This document shows positions 35,230-48,434 of a DNA stretch of 64,000 nt, piece by piece. The DNA is from Basidiobolus meristosporus CBS 931.73. Lineage: Eukaryota; Fungi; Basidiobolomycota. Both the position numbers and the translations under genes were made by a program. The notes below the pieces were generated by a model. The model saw only the letters and a list, made by a program, of their open reading frames with translations. It was not told the DNA's origin and did no database searches. The stretch spans positions 1 through 64,000 of the forward strand of contig MCFE01000283.1 of NCBI GenBank assembly GCA_002104905.1, in the 5' to 3' direction. Position 1 is the first letter of the stretch, and each line of letters starts with the position of its first letter.

Positions 35230-36450
35230 GGCACTGATTGGCACTCCCCAATGGAAAAAGTCTATTATATGCTTCTTGCAAACATATGCTTGGTTGTTGC
35301 CCCTTATGGCATGAGTAACTCTTGAATATTTGCAAAAAATATTTTGGTACCTAACCAATATATTGCTTCTCCCTGCTCTCTACTAGTTCCCCTTGTAAGT
35401 ATACTGTGGCTGTAGTCTGTATGAGTTCTTTATTGCATGATGTAGAAACTGGCCTGTAGCCAAGGGAAACCTGGCATACTGTAGTAAGGTTGTGCCAATA
35501 AGAGTTGGTTGTGTGTTATATCCAATCCATGTTTGCATTACTTAATTGATTACCCATGCATTAAGGCTGTCTATCTTCTTAATGCCAAAGGCTTAGGTGT
35601 CTCCATATGTGCATATATCCTCAGTATTCTCTAACTATTTCTGACTGTCCTCCATGCACCAACTCATCTCATCAATGATGGACCTAAAAGTAATGATATT
35701 GATGAGATTGGGATATGGTGGCACTTGCAACTGACCTGTCTTCCTATTTCCCCACAAATCTGCTCCATAGGAAACTCCCAAAAGGTGAAGCAAGACCCAT
35801 TATTCTCCACACACTAAGGAAGATGAAGTAGAGATTGGATACTGTAGCAGTAGAGATCTATGTGATCAGCTTTATGCTTGTAGAATGGTCACTCAAATCA
35901 CAACATGCTCCTTGCATAAAAGCTGCAGATGTGTGAAGTTAGTATTGTGATCCACTTCTGGATAAAATTTCTCAAATGGCAGCATATGACTCCCAATGCT
36001 TCCAATGTACTCTGAGCAGGAGTCAATTTAGTGGGTCACTTGAATAAATACATGTCTGGCTCATCCAGTACTTGCATTTGTATTGTTGCATAAATATATG
36101 AAGGTTGTTTAGAGCCAGTGAGAAACAGTCTAGGTGGCAGATAATCTGTAATATTCTGCCAATTAAGTAACTTTAGATTGGTCTTCAGCCAATTCTCCCG
36201 CTTTCTAATCCTGGAAGCAAAATCACCTTCTATGTTTGCATATATTGATTGGCTGTTGCCTCTTTTTCACACTTGTTACTTTCTGACTAAACCAAATCTC
36301 TTACTTTTCATGCATACAAATAGATATATTCCCATTGATACTTCAATTGTACCTCAATGCCAATTGTACTGACCTATATACAAGTCCCTCCACCCAACAC
36401 TACATTTACAAGAAACTCCATCAAAATTCACCATTCAATAAGTATTTCAG
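35230..36450 (-). mobile_element. CACTA-like transposase C-terminal relic
   Basis: DNA identity with 46730-47640 (e.g. CTCCATAGGAAACTCCCAAAAGGTGAAGCAAG at ~35765 and ~47277). Confidence 0.75.
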
Positions 36451-36599
36451 CTGTAACACCCTTTTCCAACACTTTGGCAGGATACCTTTAGGCCACTGTT
36501 CATAAACTGGTTCCCATACATACTGGTATTCAGCTGGTACTGCAAGATCTAGCACTTCAATCTGCCAGTCTTTCCAATAGGACCTTGCAACATTTAAGA

Positions 36600-39500
36600 G
36601 TGCATTCTTAGTCATTGCTCATGAAGAAGCACTAAAAACTGCTTGGTGCTCCTGGATGCTTCCCTGTCTCTGGCTTGGGTAGACTTTTTTCTCTTTATCT
36701 TTACCTTTATTGCAGCAAAGTTTTCACTGCTACTTTGACTGAGCCCTTCTGGTATTGTATTTTGTTCTCTCCTTGGCAAATACCACACTGGTGCATTTGT
36801 TTTTGCCTTCTTGTCCCTTGTTATTACTCTCCCAGTAACCTGACATTTGTTTGCCTTGAGTATGGAGCTTTCAGAACTGCTTGTGATGGGCTTTATCACT
36901 GTCAATCCCTTCACTGCTAATGTGAGTGAGTACCTTTTATATTGAACCATTTTTTTTCTTGATAAATCCTGCAGGGATGCATCAGTTTCTGCCTGCTTGT
37001 CCCTTACTAACACTCTTCAGGCTACATGATATTTTTTTGCTGCTTTTTTGGAGCTTTCTGCCCTGCTTGCAACAAGCACCTGAGTAAGCTGCTGGCTTTA
37101 GCTATGGCACCCTTGTTCTTTGGCCTTTGGTTGTGACTGCTAATCCTGAGATACTTTCTTGCCATACCATTGCTGGCCCAAAATTGGTTTGCTTGCTTGA
37201 ATCTAGGATAATACTTGTAGAACATGTCAAGCACATTCTGCTTGGCCATAAGTTTCTGATGGTCACATGGTACTCTGGCCTCAAGGTGATGCCATGACCA
37301 GACTTCTAACAGCCCCTTGGATATTGGCGCAGTCTTCATCATTGCACTTAGCAGCTTCAAGGATCTTCAATATCTTTTGATTTCTGGCTTGAGTAAAGAC
37401 ATCACTGTCTCTCCCTCCATTGCTGTGATTGGTTTCTCTGTGTACTTTATGTGTGAGCACTGCTGTTGTGCTTTGAAGACTGTATGGTATTCCTCTGCTG
37501 CTAAATTGGGAAATGGCTCATTTCTTGTTTGTGGCATTGAGCTACTTGAGTTCCTTCTTTGGAGCAAAGGCAATGTATTCACTACTGCGGATACTGATTG
37601 CTCTACCAATCTCATTGTCTCATCCTGCTCCTGGACTATTTCCTGAACTCTCTGGGACATTGCATTTATCCTATCAGCCTCTACACCTAATTCCATCATT
37701 AATACTTTAGTCTGAGCTGACAATGAACTTACTAATACAGGCAATGGTGATGTTATGACAGCCACTTGTGGGTCTTTTGCCAGAGGCACTGCATTTGCTG
37801 CATTCTTCTCTGCCTGAGCATTATGGTGAGCATTATCTGAGAATATACTTGCTAATACAGGTGGTGGTGATATTGTGATGGTCACTTGCTGGTCTTTGAT
37901 CCAAGACACTGCATTTGGTGCATTATCATCTGCCTGGGCATTATGTTCAGCTTGAAGCTTCACTAAGGTATTCATTTGCCTACTTGACTGAGAGCCTGGG
38001 GAGTCCACATTAGTGTTATATATATGTGTGGATGCGGTGCCACAAATGCATTCATATTGTTAATAATGATGGGCTATCTTCTAGAAAAAAGACCATGTGG
38101 CTATTGCAACAAGCCTGTAAGCTATGAAGCATGCGGAATGTATAGGAAATATTAGCAGGCTCCTGGCCAGTATTTGGCCACACAAGTCATATTTGACCAC
38201 ACATCAGTCTCTACTGTACCAATAATTCACTTTAAACACGTACTCTACCAGCTAATCCTGCTGACCGCTGATTTGCATTGGCCTGGATCTGCTGCCTATC
38301 TTATGATATTAGAGCAGAAATTGGATGGAAGTCTGACTATCAGCTGGGCCTAAATCACTTTCCAACCTGGATAGCTACCTGTATTCATTGCTGCATGAGT
38401 TTTGTATGCTTTCATGTATGATACTATTAAGGGGCTATCATATCAATATGCATATTATTGTTTGCATTGGAGATACCCCAACCATCAGTAAGATAGCCAG
38501 CTTTTTTGGGCACAATGGATGGTACTACTGTCAAATATGCAAGTTCCAGGGGATTTCCTTTCAGACTTGCACACCTTATTATTGTCTAAACACCTGTACT
38601 AGGAACTTCATCTTCTCCCAAAGCAAGGGTACAGAAGTCAGCATGCAAATGCAGCAAAGTTAGCAAGCCATAAGCAATTGGCCAGAATATTGAATTAATT
38701 GGAAACCAGAGATACTTAAAGTAGAAGGACTCTGTTGGAGTAATAGTTTTCTGCTGGGAGTAATGCATTTTTATTTCTGCAGTATCCTTATACTAATGAG
38801 CAATGTGTACATGAGGCATTTCAAGCTAAATGGGCCCTTTGAGATACCAAGGAAATTTGACAGAGTTGGCAAGATACTGCAGAGCATCTGCTACCTAAAG
38901 TACTCCTCAGAGGCTCCAATTGATATAAATATGCATATGCAACCATAAAAATGCAAGGACTGGATGAAATGATGTGTACTTATTCAAGTGGCCTTCTGAA
39001 GCCATTTCAAGCAAGAGTATATTGGAAGAATTGGGAGTCATATGTTGACATTGCAGGATTATTATCCAGAAGTAGATCACCAACTTCATGCATTAACAGT
39101 TTTAATGCAAGGAGTATATGATGGGGTTTGATCAGCCATTCTACAAGCATAAAGCTGCATGTGTAGATCTCTGCTGTTACTGTACTTATTCTCTACTCTA
39201 TCTTGCTTGGTGTCTCAAGGATGTTACCTTCAAGCCTGTCATGGATGTGATGAGGTAGCATGTGGAGGACAGCCAGAAAGAGTTTGAAGGTACTGAGGAC
39301 AGATGTGTAAATGGAGACACCTATGCCTATGGCAATAAGAAGCCAAGCAGCCCCAATGCATGGGTAGTCATGTGAGTAATGCAAAGTTGGGTAGGGTGCA
39401 ACAAGCAGCTAATATTCATTAGGGCAACTCTACCAGTGCATGCCAGGTTTCTCTTTGTCACTAGCTTGTTTCTACACCACTCCATACAGAATTTACACAA

Positions 39501-40235
39501 GCAAGAAACAGAGTACACCAATAAGGGGGACTAAGTTCCAGCAGGGAAAAGAAATATATTGATTAAATAACAGGAAGTTCTTTGCAGATATTCAGGAGGC
39601 ATTCATGGCAAAAGCAGTTGCAGCCAAGCATATGCTTGCAAGATGTTTATGTTACCATCAATACAAGGGATATGGCAACTTTGCAAGTATTACACTAAAA
39701 GCTGAAAATCTGAGGTGATAAAAGTATGTCAGTTATAGCATGAGTCTCTGTGTGTAGAGGTTAGTAAGCAGGAGGCTATGGTTTTTTTTGTTTCAAACTA
39801 TATGTGGAATACCTAAGGTAGTAATGGGTTAGCAAATACAGGGGGGTGAATCCACAGTGGTAATATGAATGGTGCAAGGAGAGGTAGAAAAGAAAATACC
39901 ATTTGGTAAATAGATATGATAGCATTATACAGAACTTGCTTTAGGATGCCATTCTGCCACACCATTGCTAGCAGAGGTTGCAATGAAGCCATCAGATCAC
40001 CTTCAGGTCTCTTGCCATCTATAGCAATGGGATGTATTGGCCAGTTGGGTCCATTCAAATAAATGTGGGGCACATAAGGAGCATTAGAATGCCATGCAAA
40101 TCTTGTCAAAAGACTGCTTATGCACCATCAAGTTTCTAACTTTATTTGGCAGTAAAATCAGCAAAAGGCTGTCACAATCCAATCACAAGATTGTGAGGAG
40201 GGTCAATAATTTATAGCTGCCAGCATTATGATGGA
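36600..40235. mobile_element. CACTA/EnSpm-like element relic: accessory ORF on minus (~36600-38008), transposase on plus (~38250-40100)
   Basis: tnp2-type motif GDTPTISKIASFFGHNGWYYCQIC (38388-38663); accessory ORF 37367-38008 homologous to 44500+ and 52392+; 40130-40230 is the reverse complement of 46200-46290. Confidence 0.72.
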
Positions 40236-40509
40236 CTGATTGCAGGAACCTGATGGCTGACATTGAGTAGAAACATACATGTGACCAAGTTATTTCTCAA
40301 ATGGGTGGGGATAGTAATAATGAGTGAGATATGGAATAATTAGACTTGTTCCATTGGATAGTGCCACATAGTGCCAGCCTGTTTATAGTGCCGGATTGAT
40401 CTGGCACTCTACAGCACTATCTGGCACTATAATTTCTACCATGATGCCAGTGGTATGATACAGCTACTGGTAATTTTACTCAATCTTACTTATGTTGCTC
40501 AGAATAGTG

Positions 40510-41451
40510 TTTTCCTTGCTTTATTTACTCATCATAATGCTCCAGACACATTTCTTGCAGTGGATGTCTTCTTGTATGAACATACTGTGCATTAATAAGT
40601 ATCTTAACTATTTTACCTATTCTGCTGTTTGCACCTATATATTACTTTCCTCTGTATCTACCTGCCAATATGCTGAATCTCTTCAAATATCCAAATGTGT
40701 GCTCTACCCTTACTCTCAAATGATAAAATATCTCATTGTAGAGCTTCTGCTTCCTGCTAAGCACACCATTCCTTGGCTTCCTATAAGCTGTAATACATCC
40801 TAATCTCTGACAATCCTCTCCTATATAGGCTAAGTCTGCCATACATTTCTCCCCTCTACTGAATTCAGGATGATTCTCTACCCAGAGTGCTTTGTCATGC
40901 CTACTTGCAGCAAATGGCCCACTAAACCAGATGATGTTACCCTCAATGTTAGACAGTGCTTGAAACTTCACATGGTGTGCCTTGTACTTGCCAGAATAAA
41001 AGTGCCTCTGCCCTCTAGAAGGTCTGTTAATCCTCACCAGGAAGGTATCCAAAATACTCCTGATATGGAACCTGTTGCTGAACACTCTGGGATATGGAAG
41101 TCTATTGGAGCTTCTGAACCTAGTATTCCAAGCTTGCTCTAAGTCATTCATACCCTCTGCAAGGTGGTTCTCCATTGCTGTCAGCTGGGAATGAAAGCTT
41201 CTAGGACTTTTGTTGCCATGGATGGTGGGATGAAACCTTGTAGGGCAATAGTTCTTGTAATAGCAGAAAAGCTTAACAAGGGATCTCCTTGAGTAGATTG
41301 GGATTGATGGTCCACAGTACTTGGTATAGATCTCCTCCAGTGTGTCAAAAGGAAATCCAGTGGTAGTAATGGGATTGATGAGAAAAGACCATTCAGATGA
41401 GTAAGTCATATTAAAATTGATGGATGATTGTATGGAGGCGGTTTGAATCAA
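40510..41451 (-). pseudogene. IS5/PIF-Harbinger-type DDE transposase (269-aa ORF 40642-41451 plus ~40 in-frame codons after a premature TAA)
   Basis: LDT, FYSGKYKAH, SRHD, ADLAY, YN..RVRVEHTFGYLKRFSIL motifs; the frame continues IGKIVKILINAQYVHTRRHPL after the stop. Confidence 0.88.
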
Positions 41452-41767
41452 TTTGGTGCAATCTGCGTTATTTATCTGATTTTTAACACATTATGGTTAA
41501 ATCTCCATCAATTGCCATGTATCCCATCATTATGTCACAAAATCATCTGCAAACAATGCCTTGGTACTTTTATTGATGCTTTAATCATAGGTCTATAATC
41601 AAATAGGAAATCTGCAATTGATGTGATCTGATCCGTGTCAACGCAATCCGAGATGCATCATGCATAATATATGGAAAATTCAACAATCACTTTAGTTTTC
41701 ATATATATTTCATATAAGACCAGGTTGATGCCAATATACTGCTGAAGAGGTATCCAAATCCGTTGCT

Positions 41768-43000
41768 ATGGTCCCCATACCAAGCCTCAACTCATCTTTA
41801 GTACAACCCAGACAAAACCCATCCCCCAGCTCACAAGCGCAGTCCGGACCGGCAAAGTTGATGTTGGATCCGTTCAAGTTCTTGCCAAATGATTTTAGTA
41901 TGGCCCAAGTGTCTATGATGAGCCTTCATACAGATATTTGGGCACTACTGATTAATCTAGCAGAACTAGATACCTCAGAGAGTCAACAAAGATGGAAGAA
42001 TTTGAGTAGAAAGCTGTGGCATGAGTTCTACATCAAGATGCCAGCCAATGTATGTAAAAAGATATATAACAAGACAAGTATTGAAATCAAGAATGAGCTG
42101 AGAGTGAGGGGATTTGACAAAGAAGCCGCGTGGGAGCGTTTTTGCGCGCAATTTGCACAGTACAGGCCGGACACGTCCGTTCGTGCCTCAATTTTGGGAA
42201 CCAAAGAGATTTTGAATGAGTTTTTGCCTCAAATGACTAATGTACTACGTGATATATTAGTAGAGCTAAGTGGCTTCTGAGAGCAATATACACAGGACTC
42301 ATCCAGGCAACAGCTCCAAAGTATCAGACAGAGGGTAAGTGAATACCTTGAGGAATCAGATGGTGAGCTTCAGGAGGAAGAATACAGACCGCAAGCAACA
42401 TCGTCCAGATTGCGCCAGCACGCCTTGCTGCATTCCCTACCATCTCTTGCAACCACAGCATGCTGGCGCACATCAGTCCAGAGTACGCCAACACCCTTTA
42501 CCAGAACGCCCCGCGTTGAGTCAACGCGCGCGCTTCAGAGCAAAACTACGAGAACTTGCCAAACTGCTCATTTAGACACAAGTCCATTGGAGCGGACCAA
42601 GTTGCGTCAACATGCTGCATCACATCAAACTCAGCCAAGGGCCATCTCAACGCGTCAAGGCGCACCTGCGCGTGCCGTCTTGCCTGACCATCAGTGAGTT
42701 ACTTCTGGTGAACTGACTGATGATGACCAACATGAAGTGCCTCAACCACCGGAGCCCTTGGCAAGTAAAAGAACGTGTCCGTGCGTGGCACTACAGGCCG
42801 GTTCAGTTGGTTCAGTCGGAGCAATTCAGCGCGGCCAAGCTGCAGCATTGCACTCATCAACTAGGAGGCAAAATACTGACTACAAATACACAAGTAGCCA
42901 AGATGATAGTCAGCGAGGAAGTAGTATAGGTGTGCAAAGTGAGTCACTACCAATTGCTTTGGTAGTAATCCCTGTGAGAAAAAAACCCAGCAGAATATGA
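41768..43000 (+). pseudogene. PHIS ORF2 (Myb/SANT-like N-terminal motif), two in-frame TGA stops
   Basis: ORFs 41768-42280, 42410-42697 and 42737-43000 share one frame; motif IWALL..L......QQRWKNLSRK; basic C-terminus RKKPSRI. Confidence 0.7.
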
Positions 43001-44761
43001 TGCAATTGCTTTGAATCGCTCACATTTGTAATGATCCCAACAACTCTTTTTTTTTGTAATCCAAATTGAGCCATTGCAAATCAGTCATCATCAAATTTTT
43101 GATAAAAGTGATATCAAGGTTGTCTCACATTTGAGACAGAACCCTTATAAATAAACACTCTGCATATATATACATCATCTGTACTACCAGTGTGGCTATT
43201 GGATCTGTTCTGCACCTACACAATTGCTTGCGTGCTAGCTATGACACCTTGTCCAATCACTAGGATCAGGGATTTATTTGCTCAATGGGCAAAATGGGAT
43301 ATTTGATGGCAAATCAGGTAGCTTTCTCAGTAGTCAATGAGCCAATTGGGGGCTGCCAGCTTCAGGATACTTTTGGACCAATTAACCACTGAGATACCGT
43401 CCAATTGGAGTGAGGGTAACCAAAATAGTAAGTATCAGTGTAGTTTATAGTGTGATACACATTTATATCCATTTACATTAAAGAAACATATCCAAATACC
43501 GGATTTTACCTGCCATTATAGCGGTATCCAATTGCGCACGTGATGCAAACATTACAAGTTGGCGCAATCATCCGTGCCAACCTCATTGTGTCAGATTGTG
43601 CCATAGTGTGCAAGATCGTCCCGCATGGTGCAAAATTGTCCAAGAACAATCCTGCCTTCTGGTAGCCATAATATCGCGCCCAATTGTTCTTTGCAACCGC
43701 GGATCACGCCACGCGCCCTGGCACGGTACAATGGAACAAGTCTAATACCTTGGATCTCATGTATTCAACAGCTCTACTGCCCATTGCGGCCAGAAGAGCC
43801 AGCTATCTTGCTGATTGCTGGGATATCTCCCATGCAGATATTAATATGTGCTTTGACATTACAGTCATTTACTAATATCCTGCCAGATAGCATAAAAATT
43901 CTTCCAGCAATAGGTTTGTGTAGCCATCCAGGTTGCACAGTGATTTATGCCCAGATAACAGCAAGACTACCATGAGATTTCTGCTCTAATACTGTAAAAT
44001 TGGCAGCAGACTCAGGTTAATGTGAGTCAGCAGCCAACAGGATTTGCTGCTTGAGTACTTTTCAGTGAGTGTCCATCAAGTGCAAAGGCAAAGGTATGGT
44101 CAAGTATACCTTCAAAGTTGACCTTGCTTCTTAGTTGTCTGTAATGTTTGCCATCAAATACATTGGAGATGTTGGTGCTTGATTGTTGCTGAGTGCAGTA
44201 CTTCATGGCTGCTCCATATTTAATGGACTGCATCAGCTTCTTTAGATAGGGTATTACCGGAATATATCTGGAGTGTGGAGAATGTCTTCCTATTGTGATG
44301 GTGGATACCTGATATTTGCCATTTGGCTTGACTTACTTATATATATATATACCAAAGCAAAGTTGTCTGGTTCCCAACTAAATTGGACTGCTGATAGCAG
44401 CAGAAGTGCAGTTGAACAACAGCTTACTCTGATATTTAGTGCAACAAGTGGTGCTACATCCAAAAAGTCCATGTAGACAGTGTACTCACAGAGGGTAATA
44501 ATGCAAACTGTTCAGGTTCTATGTCATATTGGCAACTGGGCATCTGTGCAGAGCCACAAGCTGATCATAATGCTCATGGAGGTGAGAGTGTAGCAAATGC
44601 AGTACCTCCAGTAGATGACCAGCAAATGGTTGTCACAACAATACCACCACTAGTACTAGCAAGTATGTTGTTAGCTTATACCAAAGCTTTAACAAGGCAG
44701 CTATGTGCAGTGGCCAACAGGATTGATACAATGACCCAGATAAATCAGGATATAGGCCAGA

Positions 44762-45450
44762 TGTTGTATCCAAGAGAAAAGTGTAATAAAGCTCTTGAAT
44801 GAGATAACTGAACCTAAGTGACAACTAAGCACAGAATCTTGGAATTGTCAAGGGTGACAGAAATATTAGAAGAGAAGTTCTGGTATAATATTGGTTTTGT
44901 ACGTGGTAGAGTTGAGCTATAAATGCAACAGAGTTGGTTTGCTATACAGGCTAGGCTTGGGGTTCTTGGGAATGCCAGATATGCTAGGCTTGGGTGAAAA
45001 CTAGAACAGAATTGCTGCATTCTTAACTTTGCTGAGGCACAATCTTAATTTTTTGAGACACACACTGAACCAAAAGTTTCAGTAATCTTTATTTATATTT
45101 TTCTGATCAAGTTGAATTAGTCAGTGCCAAGAGACTGGACTAATTGAAATCTGTTGGGGTATTGATAGGTGCATAAGATAAATGAAAAATTGCATCATTA
45201 ATCAGCTGATATCTTGGCAACTACTAAGTGGTTGGTTAGATCTCAGATGACTAATCCTTTAGAAAGGCCAGTTGAGGATGTAATGACCACATGAAAATTA
45301 ATCAGGTGTGACAGCTAAAAATAGCCTCTGAGAAGTGATAAAATAATCCATAACAGGGATAGGTTATGTTTGGGTTAGGGAAAATCAGTTAGGGTACTAG
45401 ATTTTCTAATGGAGGGAAATTGGCTAAGCTTCAAATGTTGATGCACATCA
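44762..45450. mobile_element. 689-bp solo LTR inserted in a CACTA accessory ORF
   Basis: TGTTG...CATCA termini, 5-bp TSD CCAGA (44757-44761, 45451-45455), homologous to 13963-14995. Confidence 0.88.
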
Positions 45451-48434
45451 CCAGAGACAGGAAGAGTAGATATATATGTAGAGCAATCATTATCCCAGGT
45501 AGAGAATGCAGTATGTAGGTTGCAACAAAAGAGCACAAGTAGCATGATGTTCAACCAAGAAACAAATCATTTCCCAATGTAAATGCAGAGGCATGCTAAA
45601 CAGTATTTGAAGTACCACAATAGTGCCTAAAGATAAAGATGATAGAGACGCTTAATAGAGCACAGGAGCAAGAGAATGCAATATTTGTAGCCAAGCCTAC
45701 AAATACATTGACATCAAGGATCTGTAAAGCTGCTGAGTGCAATGATGAAGGGTGTGCTAATAATCAAGGGCCTACTAGAAGTCTAGAATGCCATCACCTT
45801 AATACCAGCATGCCATGGGGCCATCAGGAACTCAAGGCTAAGTACAATGCAAGCAATCTGCTCCATGAGCATTTACCTGGACTCAAGCTAGCCAGCAGAC
45901 TTTAGGCTAGCATTGGTATGTCAAGAAAGTATTGCATAAATAGTAGTAACTGTCACAGGCTGAAGAACAAGGGTACCACAGCTAAAAAATAATAGCATCC
46001 TCCTAAACTCATCATAGGCAGGGCTGAGAACTCCAAATAAGGTGCAAAAAAGCATCAGCCACCAGAAGAGTACCTGTAAGGGGCAGGCAGGCAGGGAATA
46101 GAAGCATCAGTGCAACAGTTACCCTATGAATAATAACTTGGCCCCATGGGTAGACCCAATCTAGATCAGCCATCAGAATCCTGCTTGGAGACTGTCAAAA
46201 TACCAGCAGCCTGGAATTAGTGACCCTCTTAACAATTTTGTGACAGAATCTTAATGGTGTTTTACTAAATTTACTGCCAAATAAAGTAAAAAACCTGACA
46301 GAGTTTAATCAGTGCTATAGCAATATTTGCATGGCATTTTTGCGGTCTTAATGTGTTCTTCAACTATTTTGAACGGATCTAACCAGCCAGTACATCTAGT
46401 TGCCTTATATGACAAAAAACTGGATGGTGTTTTGAGGGCCTCATTGCAAGTCTTTGATGGCATCATCATGGTAGTATAGCAGCCTACAGGTAGTTCTGTA
46501 CAATGCTGCCATGCCAATTTACTAATTGGTATTTTCTTTTTCTGCCTCCCCTTGCACAAATCATATATTCCACTGTATAATCACCCCTCTATGTTTGCTT
46601 ACCCACTACTACCTTAGGTATTCCACATGTAGTTCAAATCAAAAAAACTATGGCCTCCTGCTTACCAACCTCTCCAAATGCATACACCTGCCGCAATTGA
46701 CATACTTCTTTCACCTCACTTTTATGGCTTTTTAGTGTGATACTTGCAAGGTTGCCATACACTTTTTACTGTGGATAAAATATCTTCTTGCAAACATGTG
46801 CTTGATTGCCACCACATCTACCATGTATACCTCCTGAATATCCTCAATGAACTTTTTGGTATTTAGCCAATGTATTCCTTCTCCCTGCTGGATTCTAGTC
46901 CTCTGATTGGTGTGCTCAGGCTTTTGTTTGTGTGAATTCTGTTTTGAATGGTGTAGAAGTTGGCTTGTGATCAAGAGAAACCAGGCATACTTTGGTAGAG
47001 CTTTCCTAATCAAAATTAGTTGCTTGTTGCACCCTTCCCAACTTTGCATCACTTAACTGATTACCCAGACATTGGGGTTGCATAGCTTCCAAATTCCATA
47101 GGCATTGGTGTCTCTATGTGCACATCTGTCCTCAGTACTTCTCAGCTCTTCCTGGCTGTCCTCCATATACCAACTAATCATATCCATCGCAGACTTGAAG
47201 GTAATATTCTTGATGAGATTAGGATATGGTAGTGTCTGCAACCTGACTTGTCCTTTTATCTCCCTACACATCCACTCCATAGGAAACTCCCAAAAGGTGA
47301 AGCAAGGCCCAAAATTCTCCACACACCAAGCAAGAAGGAATAGAGACTGGATACAGTAGCAGCAGAAATCTACAAGTTCAGCTTTATGGTTATAGTATTG
47401 CTGCCCAAATCCTGTGACAAACTCCTTGTACAACTGCTGTAGATGTCTCAAGTTGGCATTGGTTTTCTGCTTCTGGATAAATATTCCTACAATGTCCACA
47501 TATGACTCCCAATGCTTTGAGTGTACCCCTGGTAGGAATGGCTTCAGAAGGCTACTTGCATAAATACATATCCAGTTCATCCAGTCTTTGCATTTTTATT
47601 GTAGCATATGCATATTAATATTGATTGGAGCCCATGAGAAGTACTTAGGGTAGCAGATATTTTGCAATATCTTGCCAATTCTTTCAAAGATCTCTGGTAT
47701 CTTGAAGGGCTCACTTGCTTGAAATGCCACATGTAAAGCTTAGTCATCAGTATATGGAGAATGTTGAAAAGTAAATGCATTGCTCCCAGTGGAAAGCTAT
47801 TGCTCCAAGAGATACCCTCTATACTAGGTATCTCTGGTTTCCAATTGATTCCATATTCTGGCTGATAGCCTATAGCTTGCCAACTTTACTGCAATTGCAA
47901 GCTGACTTCTGTACATTCTCTCTGTGGGAAGATGATGTTTTAGTGCTGGTATTTGGGTAATAATAATGTATGTGAGTTATCAAATAAATCCCTGGATCTC
48001 ACACATTTGACATCAATACTGTCCATTGTGCCCAGAAAAGCCAGCTATCTTGCTGATGGCTGGATTATCTCCATTGCAGATAGCAATAAGCACTCTGACA
48101 TGATGGCCATTTACTGTTATTTTGCTGGAATGCATACTAAATTCATCCAACAATGGATACAGGTAGCTATCCCGGTTGGACAGTAATCTAGGCCCAGATA
48201 CCAGTCAGACTACCATTAGATCCTGGCTCTGATACTGTAAGATAGTTGGCAGATTCAGGTGGATGAGAATCAGTGGCCAGCAATATTCAATGGTAGAGTA
48301 CTTGTTTAATGAGAATCCATCAAGTGCTAAAGCAAAGGCATGGTTGTAAATACCTTCATAGTAGCCCTTGCTTCTTAGCTGTTTGTAATGTCTGCCATCA
48401 AATATATCTGATATGTTTGCGCTTCATTGATACT

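Larger units (their letters stand above)
40342..43743. mobile_element. PIF/Harbinger-superfamily (PHIS) DNA transposon, full-length copy 1 (3402 bp)
   Basis: TIR AGACTTGTTCCATTG...CAATGGAACAAGTCT, flanks ATT/AAT, subterminal GTGCCA/TGGCAC repeats, divergent transposase and ORF2; retains CpG. Confidence 0.9.
40236..46150. mobile_element. CACTA-like copy (transposase 5' part on minus, accessory ORF on plus) interrupted by PHIS element 1 and a solo LTR
   Basis: VFDGKHYRQL..F...DHTFAFALDG motif (44027-44233); accessory ORF homology at 44480-44761 resumes at 45456. Confidence 0.7.

Noticed and set aside
40340-43745. TA dinucleotide TSD (Tc1/mariner-like) for the TIR elements
   Set aside because: Alignment to empty homologous sites fits a 3-bp duplication, and the transposase is IS5/PIF-type
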